A DNA stretch of 34,386 nucleotides from a virus. Its lineage: Duplodnaviria > Caudoviricetes. This document shows positions 1 to 8,280 of this stretch, one piece after another (within the stretch, counting starts at the first letter, position 1; each line of letters begins with the position of its first letter). A program made the position numbers and the translations under genes. The stretch is taken from IMG/VR virus record IMGVR_UViG_3300022936_000194, positions 1 through 34,386 of that record; one strand, given 5' to 3'. The notes under the pieces are model-generated. The model had not been told where the DNA came from and did no database searches. It saw only the letters and a list, made by a program, of their open reading frames with translations.

Positions 1-2307
1 GCGGGTAAGCTCACGGTTAATATCATCTATTTGCTTACCATATTCCAGGGCTTTAGCGGCCTTAACATCGGCAATCTCTTTATCGCGTGCAGCCTCCAGT
101 TCTTTAAGGCGGGCGGTATGTGCCTTAAATTTTTCCAGTTCGGCAGCATACTTATTAGTGATCTGTTTAATTTCTTTCTCTATGCCCTTATACTGGCGCA
201 GCTCGCTGTCTTCCTGCGATTTTTTAAGCAGGGCCGTAATTTCCTTTTCCGCTGTCTTGAAAGCTTCTTTTTCTTCCTGCTTATGTGCCTCTAATAGTTC
301 AAGCTTCTTTTTATTTGCAGCTATCCGGGCTGTAATGTCTGCGAGATCGTTTTTATTGGTGTTGGTTTTAATTTCCTCATTATATTTCTCGACGATTTTC
401 ATTTGCCCCTCAAGACGTTTTTGCAATTCCAGTTGTTCCTTGGTAGCATCAATATTGCCTGCTCCAGCTTTAGCATAGCGTTCTTTGAGCACGCTCATGT
501 ATAATTCTTTAGCGGCTTCAAAGTCGTAACGTTCGCCAAGGGCTTTCTTTTGGCCGTCTAAAAAGCCTTTATAATTTTTAAGGTTGCTTTCATAAACCCT
601 TTTATCACTATCGCCCTGGCGCTGCTTGGCCCTAAGCTTATCTAAAGCGTCCTGCCCGTTAGTCATCACAAATAAAAAATCGTAGAACTCACGCTTTACA
701 GTACCAAAGAACAAAGAGAAATTTTTCTGCCAAGTCGCAAAACCCTTGCTGCCAAACGCACGTTCCTCTGCATCTGCAACTTCTTTCGCTTTATCGGCAA
801 GCTCAGTAAACCCCTTTTCTATTTCAGTAAGCGGCCTTTTTTGATTTTCAAGTGATTGGGTCACGGCCTGAAATATCTTTAGCGCACCGCCTGCATCCTC
901 ACCGGCACCTTTAAATAAATCTGCTGTTAATAATTGTGCCTGTTGGGCATTTAGACCAAGCCGCTTTGCTTCCTTACTAATTTCGAATAAAGCATCCTTT
1001 ACGCTAATGCTACCGTTTTTTACACCGGTAAGAATATATGATGTAAACTCCGGGCCAAAGGCATTCGTTAAAGCCTCGCTTGCTGCTTTGGTTTGCTCTG
1101 TTATTGCTAAACCAAATTCCTTTATAGCATCTGGTAGTTTATCCTGGTAAATAGAAAGATCGGCACCGGTGTTAAGTATATTTTGAAACTCTTTAGCAGA
1201 AAACCCCGCTTGTGCAAAAAAGGTTGGGTACTCCCTTAGGCTTTCTAAAAATTCTTCATTAGCATATCCGCCTTTGGTAAGACCATCCTGTATTCTGTCA
1301 AAGGCCTCCTCATAGCTAATACCAAATTCGCTAACCAGTGTAGAAGCCACATTTAATAATTGCTCGAAATCCTGGTCAAAAGTTTCGGCTAATACTGAAG
1401 CCCTTTTACGGGTATCATCAAGAGCCTCGCCAGATAGTTTTGTAATAGCAGCTGTAACCTGCGTAGCTTTTACAACCTCTGTATTATAATCATACCATGC
1501 CTTTGCCGCTAAAGCTATTCCTGCCAATGCAGCAATTGTAGCCCCGATGGGTGTGGCAATAAATGCCAAACCTGCTTTTGTTGTGGCAATGATAGCAGTC
1601 TTTATACCGGAAAGGCCGGCCGCTGCCATTGTGAGATCGCCGGATTTTAAACCGCTGAATAAATTAGAAAATGCGCCACGTGCTGCGCCGAGCTCTTCGG
1701 TGGTGCCGTGTATCTCTTCGCTCATTTGAGCCTGTTGTTTTTGCAAAGCGGCCTCTTCTTTTTGCAAGCGGCTTATTTCCTGCCGGTAGTTTGCACTGGT
1801 TTTGTCGAGATCACGCATTGCTTCCTTAACCTGCCCCAGTTCATGCTCTATACCATTAAGGGAATTTTTATTTACTTCCTGCTTTTTAGTCGTTAAAGAA
1901 ATATTATCTGAATATTCCTTTTGCTGCTTTTCGAGGGACGCATACTCTGTTTTAAGGCTGTGTAATGTCTTTTGATAATCTTCTGATTCAGCATCGAGCA
2001 ACCGTAGTTCTTTAGTTATTTCTCCCATGCGCTGCTCTACACCGGCGAGGCTTTTCATTGAGGTGCCCAATGCCTTATCGGTACCATTGATCTCATCCTT
2101 AAAGTAAGATTGGCGGGTAGTTAAATCGGCCAATGTTTTTTTTAAGGTAGAAAGCTTCTCATCATAGTCTTCAGAATCTCTATTAAGATTACCTATCTGG
2201 CCACGAACTTTACCCATCTCGCGGCTGATGCCCGAAAGGCTATTTACTACTTCTTTATCATTTATAAATATCGAGAGCTGGCGGGTAACTGTTTTTTTAT
2301 CTGCCAT
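1..2307 (-). CDS. Phage tail tape measure protein (N-terminal 769 aa; runs off the window)
   Basis: Own translation from ATG at 2307: MADKKTVTRQLSIFINDKEVVNSLSGISREMGKV..., the same frame is open at the left edge (...LEYGKQIDDINRELTR). Coiled-coil rich, with the tape-measure-like segment EEFLESLREYPTFFAQAGFSAKEF...DKLPDAIKEF. Absent from the ORF track. Confidence 0.88.
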   Translation of the reverse strand, partial: MADKKTVTRQLSIFINDKEVVNSLSGISREMGKVRGQIGNLNRDSEDYDEKLSTLKKTLADLTTRQSYFKDEINGTDKALGTSMKSLAGVEQRMGEITKELRLLDAESEDYQKTLHSLKTEYASLEKQQKEYSDNISLTTKKQEVNKNSLNGIEHELGQVKEAMRDLDKTSANYRQEISRLQKEEAALQKQQAQMSEEIHGTTEELGAARGAFSNLFSGLKSGDLTMAAAGLSGIKTAIIATTKAGLAFIATPIGATIAALAGIALAAKAWYDYNTEVVKATQVTAAITKLSGEALDDTRKRASVLAETFDQDFEQLLNVASTLVSEFGISYEEAFDRIQDGLTKGGYANEEFLESLREYPTFFAQAGFSAKEFQNILNTGADLSIYQDKLPDAIKEFGLAITEQTKAASEALTNAFGPEFTSYILTGVKNGSISVKDALFEISKEAKRLGLNAQQAQLLTADLFKGAGEDAGGALKIFQAVTQSLENQKRPLTEIEKGFTELADKAKEVADAEERAFGSKGFATWQKNFSLFFGTVKREFYDFLFVMTNGQDALDKLRAKQRQGDSDKRVYESNLKNYKGFLDGQKKALGERYDFEAAKELYMSVLKERYAKAGAGNIDATKEQLELQKRLEGQMKIVEKYNEEIKTNTNKNDLADITARIAANKKKLELLEAHKQEEKEAFKTAEKEITALLKKSQEDSELRQYKGIEKEIKQITNKYAAELEKFKAHTARLKELEAARDKEIADVKAAKALEYGKQIDDINRELTR

Positions 2308-2683
2308 TGTTCTCAATATTTATTTCTGCAATTATAGCCTCACCGCGTAGATCGGTGATCTGATCTGCGAGGTCTTCCAGTACATTGCTTTTATTAATTG
2401 CCCTTTGAAGCACATCTGTAGCGTTTAGGCGCATTGTGATGCCGTTCTTTTTAGTCCCTTCAAAACCAAAATTTTGTTTATAGATATAATCGGCGGCCAC
2501 AAATGTTAGCCTGTCTAATCTCCCTGATTTATATTTTGTCGTTACCGTTGCATTCTTTGCTTCCCCATCATCGGAAACATCGACAGCGTTCTTAATTGCA
2601 CGTTTAAATGCGGTTTTAAGTTTTGCTGCAGCTTGTTTACCAATTTGCCGTTCGAGCATTATACTGTCAATATTCCCAGCCAT
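2297..2683 (-). CDS. Putative tail component (possibly HK97 gp10-like)
   Basis: 128-aa ORF overlapping the tape-measure start, behind a TGTCC promoter. Function inferred from position only. Confidence 0.6.
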   Translation of the reverse strand: MAGNIDSIMLERQIGKQAAAKLKTAFKRAIKNAVDVSDDGEAKNATVTTKYKSGRLDRLTFVAADYIYKQNFGFEGTKKNGITMRLNATDVLQRAINKSNVLEDLADQITDLRGEAIIAEINIENNGR

Positions 2684-2700
2684 AATTACTTATTTAACAG

Positions 2701-2736
2701 CGAAGGTAGCCGCGCGAAAAACCGATAAATAGGACA
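2701..2736 (-). promoter_or_regulatory. TGTCCTA-type phage promoter driving the tail/tape-measure unit
   Basis: Minus-strand TGTCCTATT starts at 2736, with TACCTTCG starting exactly 28 nt later (2708). Confidence 0.65.
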
Positions 2737-2794
2737 GGCGCGGGGGGATGGTTGTTAGTTGCCGCGTGGTAGATTGCGATGTAATACCGGGATT

Positions 2795-2850
2795 TAGGAC
2801 AGGTAAAAAAAGGCTGTCCTAAGGGGTTGTTTTAAACTGTAATATATTTG
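2795..2850 (+). promoter_or_regulatory. Inverted TAGGACAG-N11-CTGTCCTA pair plus promoter for the 154-aa gene
   Basis: TAGGACAG 2795-2802 and CTGTCCTA 2814-2821; TATATTTG at 2843, 28 nt after the TGTCC start at 2815. Confidence 0.65.
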
Positions 2851-2912
2851 TATCAGTTAACAAAATTTTGGTAATATTTTTGCATATCTTTAACACTCAA
2901 TACACTGATTGA

Positions 2913-3377
2913 ATGGCTGTAGCACCCCTTATCTCGGTTTCTTTTCCTGTAAAGGCACATGTTCGTAAATACCTGCAAAGACAGTATGGGAGTGCCCATA
3001 TTGCTACAAAAACCACTATTCTGGGCATGCTTGTTTTGGGGAGCCTTGAGAAAACTTATGAAAAACCGGATAAGAAACTGCCTGCTTTTTTTTCTTACAG
3101 TGTTTTGGTACCGCAAGGCTATCTTAACAGGGTGGGTGCTACCCTGCCGCGTAACACGCAGCAGCACCTGGGCGAGCTGTGCACACACCTTTTTAACATG
3201 GCACTGTATGATCATCTGGATGCCGTGGCATGGGGTGGGGGGCAGGTGTACCCGGAACTGCGAAACTTTTTAGAGCGCTACGGTATTAATGAGGATGATA
3301 TGAAGGTAGAAAGTCTGTACAGAGCATACTCCAGGCACTGCAAAAAGAAGGAAATTTTCTATCCGGCGGTAAAATAA
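2913..3377 (+). CDS. Hypothetical protein, candidate DNA-binding late-gene regulator
   Basis: 154 aa. N-terminal strand-helix VSFPVKAHVRKYL and C-terminal helical, basic LRNFLERYGINEDDMKVESLYRAYSRHCKKK. First gene at the divergent late promoters. Confidence 0.6.
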   Translation: MAVAPLISVSFPVKAHVRKYLQRQYGSAHIATKTTILGMLVLGSLEKTYEKPDKKLPAFFSYSVLVPQGYLNRVGATLPRNTQQHLGELCTHLFNMALYDHLDAVAWGGGQVYPELRNFLERYGINEDDMKVESLYRAYSRHCKKKEIFYPAVK

Positions 3378-3442
3378 TGTTAAAATATCGGTTAACCCGC
3401 GTCATTAAAGGCGTAGCGGTGGGACACAATCGTAAAAATAAA
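3372..3442 (+). repeat. Copy 1 of a duplicated intergenic element flanking the 75-aa gene
   Basis: AAATAATGTTAAAAT ... GGACACAATCGTAAAAATAAA, matching 3669-3739. Confidence 0.75.
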
Positions 3443-3446
3443 ATTT

Positions 3447-3674
3447 ATGAAAATTGAAGGCTTTGAACATGTGGATTTACCGGACACAGGAAAAAGTAAC
3501 ACTGAGATTTTATTTTCTTTGGGTGTGCACCCTGAGCAAATAGGATCGGCCGTACCAAATTATCATGTGCCACATCATATTAAAGCCGCGGCATGGCTGG
3601 AAGTGGCCAATAGCATTGATGAGTTTAAAAGGCAGTTTTGGGAAAATCAATTTCAGATAAGCTACAGGAAATAA
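3447..3674 (+). CDS. 75-aa protein homologous to two permuted segments of the phage portal
   Basis: Residues 11-37 match portal 355-381 (12/27 identical, ungapped) and residues 43-73 match portal 244-274 (15/31 identical, ungapped). AT-rich initiation region. Confidence 0.8.
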   Translation: MKIEGFEHVDLPDTGKSNTEILFSLGVHPEQIGSAVPNYHVPHHIKAAAWLEVANSIDEFKRQFWENQFQISYRK

Positions 3675-3739
3675 TGTTAAAATCTTTGTCAAACCTTATT
3701 ATCATTGGCCGCGCGATCGGACACATTCGTAAAAATAAA
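3669..3739 (+). repeat. Copy 2 of the duplicated intergenic element
   Basis: AAATAATGTTAAAAT ... GGACACATTCGTAAAAATAAA. Confidence 0.75.
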
Positions 3740-3749
3740 TTATGCACTT

Positions 3750-4220
3750 ATGGTTTTTAATATAGAAGAGCAGCTGGGCGGTTTTGCATCGGTAGAGTTA
3801 TTCCTGATTTCTGAAACGGCCGACTGGCCACTGGTGGTAACTGATGCCAATGCCGGCAGTATTACACTTAACCCGGAGGTTAATGATGTAGACGGCACCA
3901 TTGAACCGGATAGCATAAACATAAGCGATGACCCTAAAACTGATGCAAGCGGACAGATTTGGCCAATAGATATACGTTACCGCTTCCTGGCACGCAACGC
4001 GGCCATGGAGCAGCTGCTGGAGCAGTATGCTAACAAGCCCTGCATTGTGCGTGGTTGTGGTAACGATGGCAACCGCAAGCAATGGGGAACTGACCAGGAA
4101 CCGCTGTACATGACCTACAAAAATATGTATGGTACCAAACGGCAGGATAGCCACGGTATTGACATTGCCATAAAAGGCGACCTGAGCAGCAGGCCGGTTT
4201 ACTTTATTGCAAATGAATAG
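3750..4220 (+). CDS. Putative virion protein, distant paralog of the tail-tube-like protein at 8281-8832
   Basis: Probable start ATG 3750 (MVFNIEEQLGG). Shared pattern EQLGG/EPVGG, CIVRGCGNDGNRKQWGT/YIVLAEEAGSGRLRQLGS and RPVYF/PAPIY. Confidence 0.65.
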   Translation: MVFNIEEQLGGFASVELFLISETADWPLVVTDANAGSITLNPEVNDVDGTIEPDSINISDDPKTDASGQIWPIDIRYRFLARNAAMEQLLEQYANKPCIVRGCGNDGNRKQWGTDQEPLYMTYKNMYGTKRQDSHGIDIAIKGDLSSRPVYFIANE

Positions 4221-4388
4221 GTTGAGGATATTTAGCTTATTTATATTAAATGATAATTTAATGTAAAATAGTATATAATTATATTCCCTTTTTTTGAGTA
4301 TTCAATAAATTTTATGATATATGTTAAATATGCTTTGTAATTATGTATTTTGGTATTGAATTATTAACCAATTTTTAACCTATTATTT

Positions 4389-4658
4389 ATGAAAAGAATT
4401 ATTGCTTTATTTTGCTTCTTGTTTATTTCGCTATTTGCAGATGCGAGAACGTGCGGTAAAGGGTGTGTTGGCACGCAAACTTCGACGATGATTGTAGCAA
4501 CAGGCTACGGCTGGCAGGTACCTAATAATGTAGCGTGTACGGGTCGTCCGCCTCAAGGTACACGTGTAAGTTATGCTGTGGCTGTACGAAACAGATCTAA
4601 CGGGGTTACCGTAATAGTTGAAACTGGAACGTGTAACCCAGATGACATGGACTGTTAA
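4389..4658 (+). CDS. Small secreted Cys-rich protein (moron)
   Basis: Sec signal MKRIIALFCFLFISLFADA with an AxA cleavage site and five Cys in the ~70-aa mature part. Preceded by a very AT-rich ~170-bp spacer. Confidence 0.75.
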   Translation: MKRIIALFCFLFISLFADARTCGKGCVGTQTSTMIVATGYGWQVPNNVACTGRPPQGTRVSYAVAVRNRSNGVTVIVETGTCNPDDMDC

Positions 4659-4668
4659 ATCAAAAAAT

Positions 4669-5325
4669 ATGAAAAACTTATTTATTAGTGCTTTATTAAT
4701 TAGCACACTATTATCATGTTCTGATGCAACAAATGAGACCAAGACAAATACTGTCGAGCCTGAAGCTATAGTTCCCGCACATCATTCCAATTCTTCTGCT
4801 GCACGTACTTATGCTCCAGGTTATCAAACACAATTGGCTTATATTACAGATGATGGCGTAGGTGTAACAACTTTTGAAGTTGATAATGATATACAAGCAA
4901 AGATCGAGGATCCTACTATTTCATGGACAACCTTTGATGCCATGTATACTTCATCCCTGGGAAGCTCAGTTAAACAGGATTTGGGGTATATTATACTTGG
5001 TCAAAAAAACCTTATTGGGATTGTGAATAATGATGTGAGCAACACAGCGAATGTGATAACCCTAAAAAAGTGGGTTGATAGACTAATAACTGAAAAATAT
5101 TATGGTTACACCCTACTTAATAGTGCTTTAAGGGCTATAAAACCGGTTGACGGTGCTTATGCAACATCACGAGCCGGTATGATTTCAACTTACGCTGTTA
5201 ACGATACATTTCATCAAAATACAATTAGCGGTGGAATAACCCCAACAGGATGGTTAACACAAGCAAAGATGAATTTGATTGTTGACAATTATAGCAAGCT
5301 TAGCCAGATACAGGCTTTACAATAG
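4669..5325 (+). CDS. Lipoprotein of unknown function (moron)
   Basis: Probable start 4669, MKNLFISALLISTLLS-C (lipobox-like). Followed by a terminator. Confidence 0.8.
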   Translation: MKNLFISALLISTLLSCSDATNETKTNTVEPEAIVPAHHSNSSAARTYAPGYQTQLAYITDDGVGVTTFEVDNDIQAKIEDPTISWTTFDAMYTSSLGSSVKQDLGYIILGQKNLIGIVNNDVSNTANVITLKKWVDRLITEKYYGYTLLNSALRAIKPVDGAYATSRAGMISTYAVNDTFHQNTISGGITPTGWLTQAKMNLIVDNYSKLSQIQALQ

Positions 5326-5345
5326 TAACTGTAAAACTGAATTTT

Positions 5346-5370
5346 AACCCGCCATTGTGCGGGTTTTTTT
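5346..5370 (+). terminator. Intrinsic terminator
   Basis: AACCCGC-CATTGT-GCGGGTT followed by a T-tract. Confidence 0.85.
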
Positions 5371-5407
5371 ATGCCCGGTTGCGACCTCCAGCAGGGGCAA
5401 AAAGGGC

Positions 5408-5443
5408 TGTCCTATTTAAAGGCAGGCCGTAAAAATAAGTTTG
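5408..5443 (+). promoter_or_regulatory. TGTCCTA-type promoter for the head operon
   Basis: TGTCCTATT at 5408 and a perfect TAAGTTTG at 5436. Confidence 0.75.
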
Positions 5444-5470
5444 TACCGTGCTTAAAACGCAACAGTACAA

Positions 5471-6805
5471 ATGAGTATAAATAACTTGCATTCACTTCTT
5501 AACGGCCGATACTTCATACACGAAGCATACGGTACCGCCTTACTACCTTCTCTTTTTGCATTAATGGACGGCAAGACCGCCACCATTTCCTCGTCTGACA
5601 AAAAGCATCCTGAACCTGTGGCCATGGGTCGCGGCGGGATGCCACTTGCGGCGGGACCAAAAAGCGGCGGTGGTAGTACAGAGTATGTATTGGTTTTAGA
5701 TATAAAGGACCCCATTTTTAAATACAGTCAGGATTGCGGGCCTCAGGGTACCAAGACAAAAATGCGCATCCTGGACATGTATAAAAATGATGCTGCCTGT
5801 GCCGGCGTTGTGCTGGATATTGATAGCGGCGGCGGCCAGGTTAGCGGGACCCCTGAATTTTATGATTACCTCCTTAACTACGGCAAGCCCGTGGTGGCTT
5901 ATACCGATGGGTACATGTGCAGCGCGGCTTACTACATAGGCAGTGCATCGCAATACATCGTGGCCAATAAACGTGCTGACCATATAGGGAGCATAGGTGC
6001 CATGGTGCATTTTGTAGATGTTACCGGCATGTATGAAGCGCAGGGCGCTAAGGTAATTACAGAGTATGCTACAAAATCGACGGCTAAGAACCGGGATTAT
6101 GAAAACCTGATTAAAGGCGATTCTAAAGGGTACATAAAAAACCAGTTAGACCCTATTGTGGAAGATTTCCACGCCGATATGAAATCGGCACGTACTACAC
6201 TTAGCGAAGAGACACTTACCGGCGGAACCTACAACGCCACCGACTCGCTAAAGCTTGGGCTTATTGATGCAATGGGCACCCTGCAAACGGCTGTAGATAA
6301 AGTTTTCGAACTCTCAGCCGCACAAAAAAGTAATCAAAACTCAAATAATATGTCAACACCGCGTGCAAAAGTGCAGGCTGTTTTGGGATTAACACAACCA
6401 CTGGCAGAGACTGACGGCGGAAGTTACCTGAACGCCACACAGCTTGATGCTATTGAAACCGACTTAACTACTAAAGATGGAACAATCGCCACACTTACAA
6501 CCGAGGCTGCAACCGCTGCAACCGCCCAAGCAACTGCTGAAACAAACCTTGCAGAAGCTCACACAACCCACACCACCACCATCTCAGCCCACGAAAGTTC
6601 TGTAGATGCAATTCTTACTGCTGCAGGGGTAACACCTACCGGTACACTAACCGAGAAAATTGCCGCCCTGGGCGCGCACCAGGCTACCCTTAACGCGAAG
6701 GATGGGGCTAAGCCTACAGCTGTGATCGTTGGCGCAGGAAACGATGCCGGAGGAGACAATAACATAGTATCAGGCATTGACCTGAACGAGGCGCTTAATT
6801 GCTAA
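5471..6805 (+). CDS. S49 (SppA-like) prohead protease with C-terminal scaffold region
   Basis: Motifs LDIDSGGG, CSAAYYIGS and IGSIG; Ala/Thr-rich helical C-terminus; directly upstream of the capsid gene. Confidence 0.9.
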   Translation: MSINNLHSLLNGRYFIHEAYGTALLPSLFALMDGKTATISSSDKKHPEPVAMGRGGMPLAAGPKSGGGSTEYVLVLDIKDPIFKYSQDCGPQGTKTKMRILDMYKNDAACAGVVLDIDSGGGQVSGTPEFYDYLLNYGKPVVAYTDGYMCSAAYYIGSASQYIVANKRADHIGSIGAMVHFVDVTGMYEAQGAKVITEYATKSTAKNRDYENLIKGDSKGYIKNQLDPIVEDFHADMKSARTTLSEETLTGGTYNATDSLKLGLIDAMGTLQTAVDKVFELSAAQKSNQNSNNMSTPRAKVQAVLGLTQPLAETDGGSYLNATQLDAIETDLTTKDGTIATLTTEAATAATAQATAETNLAEAHTTHTTTISAHESSVDAILTAAGVTPTGTLTEKIAALGAHQATLNAKDGAKPTAVIVGAGNDAGGDNNIVSGIDLNEALNC

Positions 6806-6826
6806 TTATTAAATAATCAATTCACT

Positions 6827-7789
6827 ATGAGTATAGTAAAAACTAATATAGTAACCGAATTCGGCGCGTACTATGTTAACCAGGGCCAGAACATGGAGAG
6901 CCTGAAAGATGAGATAAGGCAACCGGCCGTAACGCCGGGTTATGCTGAGCTCAACATTACCGAAAACGACATATACCGCTTCTCTAACACCTTTATGGGG
7001 GAGATCGTACAACAGTTTCAAAAAGCGTTTACACCTAAAGGCGACCTTACTTTTGAGCCTAATGAGATCAGGTTAAGAAACCTTAAGATTGACCTTGCCC
7101 TTTACCCGGATGATGTTAAAGCATCCTATCTTGGCTTTCTTGCCGGTAAAGAAAAAGCCGATCGTAAAGACTGGCCTATAGTGCGCTACATCATTGAGAA
7201 AAAAATCATACCGCAGCTTAAGCATGACATGGAAACCAGGGCTTACTTCACTGGATCGTGGGTTGCTCCAACTGCCGGTACTGCCGGTTCCGCCATTGGC
7301 ACTATAGACGGTGTTAAAAAGCTTCTTGATGCAGGCCTTGCTGAAACTAATTTAACTAAGCAGATGCATGCAGTTACCTTAAGTGCTGCACCCGGAGTAA
7401 ACAACTCTTTTGCAATGCTTGAGGAGTTTAGCGATAACATCGACGAACTTTTAGCAGCAACGCCAACCACGATTTACTGCTCTGTAAAACGTGTTAAGGC
7501 TTTCCTTAGGGATAAGCGTAACAAATATGGCGACAACATCAACTACGATGCGAACAAGCTTACCATTGATTTTGACAGCAACAAAAAAATTGTTGGCCTG
7601 CCATCAATGGGGAATTCTGACTACATCTGGGCTACTCCTGATTTCAATTTCTTATACCTGAGAAAATCAGGCGGACAGAGCGACCCAAAAGTAGAGGAAG
7701 CTTTAAGACAGGTTTTCTTAATGCTTGACTGGTGGGAAGGTATTGGCTTTGGCGCTAACCCATTAGTATACTGCTATAAACCAGCATAA
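6827..7789 (+). CDS. Putative major capsid protein
   Basis: 320 aa directly after the protease. AYFTG...DGVKK segment typical of HK97-type capsids. Assigned largely by synteny. Confidence 0.75.
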   Translation: MSIVKTNIVTEFGAYYVNQGQNMESLKDEIRQPAVTPGYAELNITENDIYRFSNTFMGEIVQQFQKAFTPKGDLTFEPNEIRLRNLKIDLALYPDDVKASYLGFLAGKEKADRKDWPIVRYIIEKKIIPQLKHDMETRAYFTGSWVAPTAGTAGSAIGTIDGVKKLLDAGLAETNLTKQMHAVTLSAAPGVNNSFAMLEEFSDNIDELLAATPTTIYCSVKRVKAFLRDKRNKYGDNINYDANKLTIDFDSNKKIVGLPSMGNSDYIWATPDFNFLYLRKSGGQSDPKVEEALRQVFLMLDWWEGIGFGANPLVYCYKPA

Positions 7790-7802
7790 TCTAAAAAAAT
7801 AT

Positions 7803-8279
7803 ATGTCACCAAAAGATAAACTTATAGCATTAGCAGTAACCTTCGGTATTATTACCGAGGGTTTAACTGCACCCCAGTTGCAGGAAGCGCTGGATGCTAA
7901 CGCCGGGTACCAGGTATTTGTGGACAAAGAAAAAGAACTTGCTCAGGCACTGTCTGACAAAGATACTGCAGCTGCAAAAGTGCTGGAGCTTGAAGCTGAT
8001 CTGCGAAAAACCAATCAGGAGGTGGCAGCACTTACCCAGGAGCTTGAGCAGGCTAATGAAACTATTAGCGATATGGCTGCAGCTGCAACTGTAACGGCTG
8101 AAGCAACAAATCCGGACGCGGTATTTTATACTGATGACAAAGGCGACACGCATGAAATCGTGCAGCCTACTTTCAGGTATAAGGGTACAGAGTACAAAAG
8201 TGCTGAGGCAGTAGAGAAGCACAGAGATGTGCTGCAGGAACTGCTGGAGGCAAAAGCATTCATTTTTAAACAGCAGTAA
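7803..8279 (+). CDS. Hypothetical coiled-coil protein (head-associated?)
   Basis: 158 aa with a heptad-rich centre, in the structural operon. Confidence 0.7.
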   Translation: MSPKDKLIALAVTFGIITEGLTAPQLQEALDANAGYQVFVDKEKELAQALSDKDTAAAKVLELEADLRKTNQEVAALTQELEQANETISDMAAAATVTAEATNPDAVFYTDDKGDTHEIVQPTFRYKGTEYKSAEAVEKHRDVLQELLEAKAFIFKQQ

Positions 8280-8280
8280 C

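Noticed and set aside
31-1896. Plus-strand ORFs 31-294, 158-478, 1547-1729 and 1708-1896
   Set aside because: Antisense shadows of the tape-measure reading frame.
3421-3723. Reverse-strand TGTCC cores at 3426 and 3723 as additional promoters
   Set aside because: They lack the TA extension and have no -7 box at the 28-nt offset; kept only as part of the duplicated element.
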